DNA of 64,000 bases from assembly GCA_965637545.1 (NCBI GenBank), contig OZ281497.1:16926001-16990000 (forward strand). The letters are read 5' to 3'. The notes under the pieces were generated by a model. The model did no database searches and was not told the DNA's origin. It saw nothing but the letters and a program-made list of their open reading frames with translations. The position numbers were made by a program, and so were the translations under genes. Below, piece by piece: positions 38,701 to 49,600 of the stretch. How positions within the stretch are numbered: the first letter of the stretch is position 1; the number at the start of each line of letters is the position of its first letter. Origin of the DNA: Phallusia mammillata (Eukaryota).

Positions 38701-40659
38701 TGTCGCCCTCGTAAGAACCCACTATTATCGAAGTTGAATCCAATACCCGACAAGCCCCCTAATCCTCACTACATAGGGCGAGAACTTCAGTTGTGCGTAA
38801 AAGCCCCGAATCGTTTAGCTTCCGGGTCGAAGCTGCCATTCCCGTCGCGTTTTCGGCCTGTCGCACTTTCGGGATTGCCACCTGCAGACCTCGGCGAGTT
38901 AAGCCGAAAATTGTCGCCACACTGCTATTCGTTGACATTGTTTTCAAGCTTGTCGAGCATGAAACATAAGACTGAGTGTTTCAAAACTTTGCTACCACAG
39001 TTGTTTTTTTACTCTGGTGGGCGGATACCTTACAGACAACAAAATATCGAGTTTCGCACCACACTAGTGACCCTGTGGTAAAGGTTCCGTGCTTAAGGTA
39101 TGTTTACCCTGAACAGGTCAATTTTCAGGGAACATTGGTACATAGTGAAATGGTTTCTCTGTTGCTTCTTGGCTATTGCACAGAAAGTGGAACAAGTGTA
39201 AATTTTCGCCCCGTCCCATTACTAACATAATAGTGCATCATCGGTCGCATTTAAGGGCCGGCTGCCATTTCTTGACATCATCTCTTACGTAGTTAGCGAT
39301 AGAAGCGCTGATTAGGGCGCACATATGTAATATAGCGACAATGACGTTAGTATGGGTGCCGTGACCACATCGCCTTTCTTTGTGATGTGGGCAAAAAAGT
39401 TGAATAGTTTTGCCACGTTATCACCACAAATCGCCTATTAGACTCAGATAGCCAATAGCAAGTGTAGTCTGCGATCTTATGACGATGGTTAACGGTAATA
39501 TAGTCTGGAGCTGTGTGATTCCGTAATGTTTTCGTATTTATGCGAAATTTTCTTTAAACAACAAACTATCTATTTATGTAGACGTTTTGGCGGCTAAATC
39601 GACTGGATGTAAGTAACTTAATTGCCTAATCCTAGTCTACTTCGATGTTTGCGTACATGAATATTTTATTCTAGACATTGCATATTGTTTGATATTGCGG
39701 TTAGTAATTTTCAAAAATCATTTGTAGCTGGGAGTCAATACTCAAACCAGCGGTTGATGTTTGTGTAAAACATGTTATTTATTTTGGACCCAGTCGGTTT
39801 TAGTTGGGACTATATTAGATGGCCTATTACTGATAATGTATGCAGAAAGGAAGCTTGAATTTAAAAAGCAGGTACATTAAATACATTTTATTATATTAGT
39901 GACAAATCGAGGCAGTGAGTTTCAACAGGGCAAGGGCAAAATTTCTGACCGGTTGTGCTTCGTTGTCGCTGCCAGGCGGCTAGCGACAAGTCATGCAATA
40001 AAGGCGGGCGCAGGAGTGGGAGGAGCAAATTTCTCTCACTTCTCTCGCTCCGGAGAAGGGAAAAACTTATCTAGCCGTTGAAGTGCCCTCGGTTGTCGCG
40101 TACTGCACAGAAGCTTGCGCCGATTGCTGAAGGGAAGTTATTAAAAACGACAACTAGAAGGGCAAAAGATTGTTGATGCTTTCAATTATTAACTGCACGC
40201 AACTAACTTTGTTGCCTGCGAACAGGAACAGGCCTTGTGGTCTTTATCGTGCGATAAGGGGCGTCATGCGGCGGTTATTGTTGTTGTAAAACTCACTGGT
40301 GTTTGCTGCGCGCTAGCCGAGTTGTTATTGACCGAGCGTCGGTTTTGCTTTGAACAGTTTTGGTGATTCGACGGAAGAAATGTTTAATGATTGGAGTTAT
40401 GACAACCCGTTAAATAACAATCACTGTCGCATTGATTTCAATAGCAGAGGGCAGAGGTGAAGCTGCAGTTACGTATTATATAAGGCCTTCTTGAGCATGT
40501 GCCTAGTCTTGATAGGAAGTTCAGTCACGTAGTGAATTGGCGAGGTCCATGACCGGCCGGAAACTGTCAAGCTTGTTGACACGTAATGACATTCTCAGAA
40601 CTTTCAGTCAGAAGGAGTAAAGCTCCACTGTAGTGAACGATTACAGATGGGTCACAAAT

Positions 40660-43600
40660 ATGTTTGTGGTGGTCTGGCAATGCGCTTTAGTCAGCATGGT
40701 ACGGGCACGCGCGGTCATGTATGTTGAAACCTTGCTGTCATCGGCTGTCGAGACGTTCGAGCACTTATGCGCTGCCAAGCTAACCGCATTTATGGACCAA
40801 AACTACCAACTGCCATAAAGCGCAGTAGAAGTGGGATTAGGTTTTGTCTTGCAGTGTTAACATATGACCAAGCGCCCGTGTTAAACCAAAAACATCTGTC
40901 AAAACGCACTTGCGATTGTTGAAATCACTGCCATTGAGCCAAAAATTACCGCTCTTGCAACTTTACGTTGTAAGAACGGAATGCAGTCCTGCTTGCCCAT
41001 TATGCGGTAACAAGATAATTATGAAGAGCCAACCGATTTCGTGTGTGGCACATTAATTTACTACACTTCACAACCGCATTAATTTACGAATTAGTTGGTT
41101 ACCGGCAATGCGTCAGAGCTGTTTACATGTGGTTGTATTCACGCGAACCAAATGTCAAACGTGCCTTAGCAATTTATAAGCATTGATAGACCGACAAGAA
41201 CTTGACTTAGCTTTCGGCGAGGCTAGCGTTCAACACTGCTGAGGCGCTCGCCTTTACGCACGCTCTAAATTCATGTAACCTTGTTTACAGCAAAACGCTC
41301 GCTTACGAGCACTGTGTAAAGTGACATATTGCTTACTGTTGATATAAACTCACAGGTCATGGCCGACGATGGCATCACCACTGCACAGGAGTTTGTCAAA
41401 TTATTGGCGAACGCCCGTACCGCCTGTCAGAGGAATCTTGAAAATGGGGATATTCCAAAGGACAGTGATGGTGAGTGTCGTTTCCGATGATTGTCTGTTT
41501 TAATAGTGTTTTTGATCTGTGCATGGGCCGAGAATGAAGCTTCCTGGTGGTTACTGATGGGTTTCGAATAGAAAATTTGTTTTGTCCGAGGTCGGGCGTT
41601 TTGAAAGCGGAGAATGTCGGTTCATAGACGTATGGATTTGGTATAGGTTGTTGTTGTTGTAGTGTCTTTATTACAGTGCAAAAGGTCGTTTAAGAGCAGG
41701 GGTTGTGGCAAAATTACACAGACATGTTTTTCCATTTAACTTGTTATTTTTAAACAACAAAAAATTTGGTATTTTGCAAACATATATTTCGAAAAACATC
41801 GCAACAATTCACAACAACAAAATTTAATGATTATTAAATGATAAACGCTCCGATAACACTCTATGTAATTAAAAACCAACGTGTTTTTATGGTGCCAAGC
41901 CGAGTAACAAGCTCAACAACAAATGCAATTACTGGCAACATTAAGCCACATCAATAGCCGTAACATGACCTGCCCTGCAAAAAATTGCGTTTGTTGCTGC
42001 TGTGTTCGGCGTATGGCAGCGCCTTTGGCAATTGGGATTTTTCATGGTTCAGTGATGAAGGTGTAAAATATTTCACAACGGGCATACTCCCAGCAAAATC
42101 AACGCAACTTTCGTATATTGCCATTAAAAAGAAACTTTTAACCTATCAAAATAAAAAAATATCGACTTAAATTTAACTCCGAAATGCCGACGTTTTTTTT
42201 TAACAAGTTGTAGTTAAAGGGTAGCGAATTGGCAAAGCACAATATTTTCTAGCATTTGTCACGTATTATATCTAGAGCAAATAGGGAATCAGAAGCAACA
42301 CGTGCTCGCCAATCCCTTCCGTTCAAACATGCGGATCGGTGTGGCAGGGTTGGGAAGTACTCGAGACTCGCACGAAAACACTCGCCTTTGCTCTACGGGC
42401 CACAGATTGACTCGTAATCGGAGCGCCCGCGAAGCTTCACACTTAATGGGGGGTGACAGCTAGCATCCCCCAGACTAAAACCCCAGCGCGCCTCAACCCT
42501 CGTAGTTGTACCCACAAAGGCATGCGGATGGGTCCGGTTCCGATTATACAGATGTGTTTTCTTTTCTTTTCAAGCCAAAACTATGTTTTTTCTACACCAG
42601 TGGCAAAAATGTCGACCCAGTCAAATTGACATCTCAAGCACCTTGTTAAAATTTTTACCTTACCGAAATTCCTGCACATGTTTTGGTGAAAACATTTTTA
42701 AATTATGTGCATCTTGGTATATAAGTGTTTAAAACTTTGCATATTTATCCACACAGGAAACCCGTTGAAAGTCTACTGCCCTGGCGAGTGGGATACTTTG
42801 TCGTGTTGGCCGAGCAGTCCACCTGGAACCAGTGTGACCATCGCTTGCCCCGAGTATGTTGAAGACTTTGACCACTCCGGTAAGCAACTGAAATTTGCTT
42901 TATTACGCTTAAAACACAGAGAAAATTAGACATTATCACATTGCCAACGATATTTAAAAGCTTACTACCTTACATTACCCCTGTAGGAAGCGGCGTGAAA
43001 AGCACATTTTAGCAAGAGGATAGCACATTTTCGAAGAACAGGGCGTATTTCGCGCTTCGCTCTGTTAAAATACACAAATTGAATTTTTTTTAACATCCAG
43101 ATGTTCGACCTTACAAGAGCCTTTGATCCACACTAAGCGCTTTATGCCATCGATTTTACCCTTTGCCGTAATCGTGTCGGCAATTTAAATGCTATCAACA
43201 GGATTGCGTATAATATTAAGCTTCACCTGTTAACGAAAGTAACCCGTTACTTTGGTGTCATTAAAGTAATTTTCACTTTTTAACGGCAACTGAAACTTAA
43301 TGGTATAAATTTTGACGGAAGTCAACAAACAAAGTTTTTATTCGAAAACTGTGTATTGCAAAAAAATCTACGGTCTTAAAGTTATTCTGATTAACGTAAT
43401 TATGTGGAGAAAAGTACGTCTAACGACGTAACAATCGTAATGCGATACCTTGGCTTGTGCGTTTATGGGCCAAACTCCCAACGTCCAGCAACGTTTTTGC
43501 CGTAACACGAACAATCTGAACTATACTAGAAATAATTTTACCTCAAAAACAATATAAACTGCATTGGAAATGGTTGTGACATTTTATACAAAACAAAATT

Positions 43601-46600
43601 AAGAACTTGATTTTTGACTCACAGTACAACTCCACAAGACTTTCATTTGCAAACGCAAATGTAATTTAGCATTACAACTTAAAGCAAATTATATGATTCC
43701 CAAAATGACTCGCATTTTGCGTAACTAGGGGGAATCCAACTTTTGTTTTTGTGAAAGTGTGTTGGCAAGCAGCACTGACCAGCAGGCTAAAACGCTTGAG
43801 GTGTTACTTTTGTCACTCAGCCAACAACATCCCTATGCATTTTTCATGCGGTTAGCGTTAGAAGTGTGCAGTTCATAGTTTCCACGTGGTGCCAACAACG
43901 TATTACGTTGAAAATTAATTAGGTCGCGTGTCCTGCCACGTTAACTCATCATGTTTCGAAGAAATCCTTCAGTGTCCAAATGGGTAACAGTGACATGTTT
44001 AAAAAGGATAGAAAACACAGATCCGGAAATAATGAGGCGCGTTTCATTTTTAAACTTAGCTTTATCATTATACGATGTCGCGCTGTTCAGGAAAGATGAT
44101 TCACCCATAATTAGCCGTGCTGCAAGCAATAGGTTACTTGATTTTGCGCACTAAAAATATCCTCCAATCCACCATTCTGCAGGATAGCGGAATCAAAGCC
44201 ACGTTTATTTCGCTTATCATCTCCTAACATCGCTAAATCCCATTGATTCAGGGTTTGCTCGGCCTTCTGATTGTACGGCTCGCAATTCATCAACCAGACG
44301 TCACATGTCAAACTGCTGCGCGTCCTCTGAGTCAAAACGATATCCTACATTAAGAATTGATTGTGGCCTAATGCCCTTTATCCCAAAAACACGTTTGCCA
44401 AAAAAAAGAATGTTTGGATTAATAATTATTTTTACCTGGGCTGAAAAAAAACCTAATAACGCCGGATCAAATGATACAACCAGGCTTATAAAACAATACA
44501 GTTTTTTTTAAAAGCCATATGCTCTTGTAAATTTAAAATCGTGAGGTGCCCAAGGTCTATCTTAGTAGGTGGCCAATATGGAACAATAGTAAAAATCTCA
44601 CCAGTGATTAGCTTTGCGAAATAAATAATCAAAACACTGCGATAACTTACACCGAGGCGTTGATTGTATATAGAGGTAGTGACTAGATTTTGCAAGAAGG
44701 ACGGAAACTGGTACCGCAGCGAAGAGGCCAACAAGACGTGGATGGATTATTCGCGCTGTTACGGAAGCGGATTTCTCGCCTTCGAGGAGGTCGAGGACCT
44801 CATCAAGGCCGGCGGATATGTAAGCGAAACTCAGTGTATAAGCGGCAAGCTCGCAAAGTCGGAAAATTGTAAAAGGCTGCCACTCAACTTTTAAGCCAAA
44901 ACCAACTCGACATTGAGTAAAATAGATCAATCATTGAAGCGCACATGAAACGTTTGGCTACCTCTGACAATGACATAAAGTTGTGGCAGACTTTTTCACT
45001 GTTTTCGACTTTGGCAAGGCTTGGTCGCTTTTCACCGCAGAACACTGAACGTCTCGTAGTTACTACCAGCGCTGCCGCTGGACTTGTGTTGTGTCGGTGT
45101 GGTGGGTTTTCACGCGGTGTGTTGCCCTGCGCTCAACGTTAGTTGTAGAGGCCTGCGCACAACGTCATCAACTGCACCCACAGTATGGCTGTATCAAGCC
45201 TTCAACCCACACTCGTTGTTCATGCTTGCTCGATAGCTGAATGCCTTGATGTAGCACGGTCACATACGTCACATTGTTTACCAGAATGTCACATCACGTG
45301 ACAGAGAATTTCGGGCGCGTGGCGCGTGTTTTTGTGAAATATTACGATGTGAATCTTATGTTGTAGTGGCAGTAGTGGGTTGTTGAGAAAAAACTAACTA
45401 TGAGTTGTAGCGGCAGCAATGCGAAGGCCTGCTATTGTGCCTAACCTATGATTATGTGTTTATAAGCCACACTTTCACGTGGGCAATGTCAACCAATCCA
45501 AAAACCTCTCGTTTAGGTCAGTGTAAATCTATTTCCTATTGACTGAACCAACAGACCTATATTCCAGTACACATATTAAAAAAATCGTTAAACGGCCGCA
45601 AAAGGTTAAGTGGCTAAAACAAGGTTTGGACTCAATGGGTAAGTGGCGCTTTGTGCTTCAACACGATCTTATCCCCGCCACCCAATTGTGTAGGAAAGGC
45701 GCGACGACATTGCTGGCCGGATGGTAGGTGGGCGAAAGCCAGCGACCAAAATCAGACCTGGATCGATTACAGCGAATGCCACACCCTTAGCAGCGAGCAA
45801 GAAATGCAAAAGCTTATCCTGAGAAAAGTGAGTCGCCTTGCCCGCCCCTCCTTGCCCCGTTAACCCAGTGACGCGTTTTGCGCGTTACTTGGAAGACTTA
45901 ACCCATTAATTCATCGACTCGACTGCTCGCCCTAACTCCCTGCATGAAACAGACTTTCTGCATTTATTTCTCGCGCGTGTCGGAATTAGTGTTCTTTGGA
46001 AGTTCGCCCTATGTTTAGGGCTTTCTGTGATAACATTTGTGGAGTCACCACCTAAGCAACAATTTGCAATCACCATTTTACATTAAATTCCAGTTGCAGA
46101 TAATTTTGGTGCACAATCCTTAAGTTTAGAATGACAAAAATGCCAAAAACCCCAATGAAAAACAAACGGGTAAAGCGTTACTCGCTGCAAAGAGATTTGC
46201 GATCTGAAAAATTATACTAGTTGTCCCATCATACTTTTGTCATGCAATCCATTGTCTAACGTCCTTGCATGTGCATGTTGTGTAATCTATACTTTTACTA
46301 ACCTTAAATGCAAACTAATTCTCGGCCAATGGTGTCTATCACACTTAGATTTGCATGTTTTGTTTGAAATTGATACCATGTCGAGGAACCTGCTTTCTAA
46401 TCGGTTGCAGTGTTTGAGTGTAAATGTGTGCAGTAGGTTGACACAACATTTAGACGCATAGCTTATGCTATAACATACTGCACTCGAGATTCTAAACTGA
46501 ACCCAGTTTGAAACCACCATTTTAAAACACCAGTTCTCTTTATTTATAGCTGTGGTTTCCAAACCCAATAAAATGGTTCCAAAAGGTCCGTGAATGCACA

Positions 46601-49600
46601 AAAAGTATTGGATTTTTAAGTTTCTAAAAATAGGTAATTGTGTGAGAATTTACAAAGGAGTCCCACAAACAGTTACCATTGATTTAAAGCATGTCAAAAA
46701 TGCATGACACGTGGCTTAAAAGCTTTTCGTTTACTTAATGAACGTTTCCTGTGTCGACCTATGCTGTTTTAATCAGTGGCAGCTCCATTTATGACGTTGC
46801 TGTAAAGTGTACTCTGCGTTATGACGTAATACATGAAAATTTAACTAGAAGACCCATCGCAGCCCAACTATTTTTGTCACTTGCAGCCCGAAGAAAAGAA
46901 CATGATTCGGCTTTACACAGTCGGTTACTCCTTCTCGTTTGCATCCCTCGTCATCGCTATGATCATTCTCGGCTATTTCAAGTAAGAGCTTGAATTTATT
47001 TATGAATCTATGAATTTTTTATGTCTATCGTACAGCGCCTTAAATACGCAATTATCAAGTTGATAGAATCTATTTTAAAAGTCAGCGTAGGAAGTGTTTA
47101 ACGCACTTCGTAAAGGTTCTGTGAATTTAGGATGTTTAGTCTGGCTTCGGATTACAAAATACAAACCTCTACGCGGAAAACGCCTGGTTTGGTAAGATCT
47201 CCACAAACCCGCGTAGGTAAACCAACTATCCGCACCGATATAGGCTTCTTTAAATGTCACCCAAAGGCACACGAGTGGTAAAAGCCGTGTTTTACGGTCG
47301 CTAGTGTTTGATCAGGTTTCGACTGCAAAAACAACATGGCATTCACAAGTACACGCAACACAACCTTGATCACAACGTTGACATCACATTAGTAATCGAC
47401 TTTTATGACTAAAATAGTCAAAATGGGTTTCGAAAAACGGGTTTAGTTTGTACAGGACATGATCAATTGAACTATAGTACCACCACGCAACCGGAATCTT
47501 TGAGGTTTTGAACGAGTCTGGACATTATCATGCTTTCGTGTACAGTCTGGCCCAACATGCCATGCCACAACGCCGTGAGAATGCGTTCTTTTGGTTGTTT
47601 AACTGTTTAGATTACAGAGGAAAAGTTGCAGTTTTTAAAACATTTTTAACTGCTAATGAAAAACAGAATCTTGACACACAATTTCCGCTTGCCGACTAAG
47701 TAGAGCCCGCGTTACTTCATCACCCATAAAACCTCGAACCAATTTTTTTTATAGCGCAGTAAAGTCTCTTTAAACCCTTAAAGGCCACTAAAGTTTTCCC
47801 GCTTGTGTAATTAAGCATCCACAGGGTTGTGAACTGAACTTTATGGGTCTGGTTTAGGTAGTTTACTCTATGTTTCGAATGCGAAACGACAATGTAGGTG
47901 TTTCACGTGCAACGAAATTGCCGCTACAAGTTCAAACTTGTAACGGCCACAAACAAGGATTTAATTAGCACAAGGTTATTCTGGTGTTATCACACGGTTG
48001 GCACAAAATGCTGGTCACAACCCCCAGGGCCGTGTTATGTTGGCCAATCAGCGATGGTCTTGTGTGAATCGTTGTAACTGCCCGCACACAAACATGTAAT
48101 GGTCCGAGCCTGTACGCCCGCAGACCCCCGTAATTGTTACTTTTCGACCCAAGGCGAAATATTTGCACCGTAGCGGCTTGTTGTTTATCATTGTTATCGG
48201 CTTATGGGAGGTATCGTATAATTATAACGATTTTACAGATAATAGCACAGATTATTATTGTTTCTCTGGATATAAACAGCAGTTGCCGGTAGAGAATAGA
48301 ATATCGAAATTTGTAAGCATAAGATGCACAAATTTTCCAAAAATAACTGATTTACAATATTTTATGGTCGCTGCTATTGACATTATCGAGCAACACCACT
48401 TAAGATGGATTATATCCCAACATCAGTACAGTCGACACATTAACTCCGCTCCATTTATTCATGTAGGCGTCTTCATTGCACAAGAAACTACATCCACATG
48501 CACCTTTTCGCCTCGTTCATACTTCGTGCGCTCTTCATCTTTGTTAAAGATCAAGTTCTTTTCCACGGTGCCGGTATACTGGACGTTGCATCAAGCGGAC
48601 CAGATATCGAAGGACTCGACAAATACATTACCAGGGCCGTGGATCAAGGAGCAACGTCGCTGGTGAGTCATGACTTTGTTTGACAAAAATCCTACTCTAG
48701 AGTACTTTTGCTCGACACTGGGGCTCATGGCCGGGCTCCTCTAAAATACGCAAGCTACGCAATCTACTTATAAAACGTATGCAACTTCTAAAAATGTTGA
48801 CAGTTAGGGCTTTTAGGGTCTGGGTGAGGGTTTATAATAAAAATAACACAATAATTATGGGTCCCCTTCCCTGAAGGGGACACATATTGTTTTTGTCTAT
48901 ATTTTTTTTTTCTTTTTTCTTTTTTTCTTTTTTTCTTTTTTTCTTTTTTTCTTTTTTTCTTTTTTTCTTTTTTCTTTTTTTCTTTCTAACGCAGATTTGT
49001 TCCCACGTTTTGGTCAAGAAAGAATGGTTCAAACTTTTTCAAATTTACACACATTACAGATATTGGTCTAAAGATGGTCCATGTGAATTTTGACCCCGTT
49101 TGATCCCTCGGTTCACCCACAGCCCCCCAAAACGTGAAATTTTTAGCGCGGATTTGTTCCCACGTTTTGGTCAAGAAAGAATGGTTCAAACTTTTTCAAA
49201 TTTACACACATAATAGGTATTGGTCTAAAGATGGTCCATGTGAATTTTGACCCCGTTTGATCCCTCGGTTCACCCACAGCACCCCAAAACGTGAAATTTT
49301 TAGCGCGGCTATTGTTCCCACGTTTTGGTCAAGAAAGAATGGTTCAAACTTTTTCAATTTTACACACATTACAGATATTGGTCTAAAGATGGTCCATGTG
49401 AATTTTAACCCCGTATGACCCAGAGATTCACCCACAGGCCCCCGAAACGTAAATGTGTCTAACGCTCGTTTGGTCAAGAAAGACACTGTAGGCAGAAGTA
49501 CCAAGAGAGTAACTCACTGGTTTACGATAGCGGGAGGGCTCAGCTTGACGTCGGACAGACGTTTTACGAGACATCGTTTCAGTGATTAGAAATCAGCTGT

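Noticed and set aside
38566-39081. 171-aa plus-strand ORF
   Set aside because: TTG start, no recognisable domain, several overlapping frames equally open in a GC-rich patch.
42880-46886. A third copy of the alternative ectodomain exon
   Set aside because: I scanned both flanking introns for C-x3-G-x-W and W-x-[DN]-Y-S-x-C; only partial look-alikes were found (CPNG-stop near 43970, DSMGKW near 45630) without cysteines or splice sites.
48832-49504. Poly-Lys, poly-Phe and repetitive ORFs
   Set aside because: Translations of the (T7C)n microsatellite and the 157-bp tandem repeat; the latter has near-identical units and no spacers, so it is not CRISPR either.
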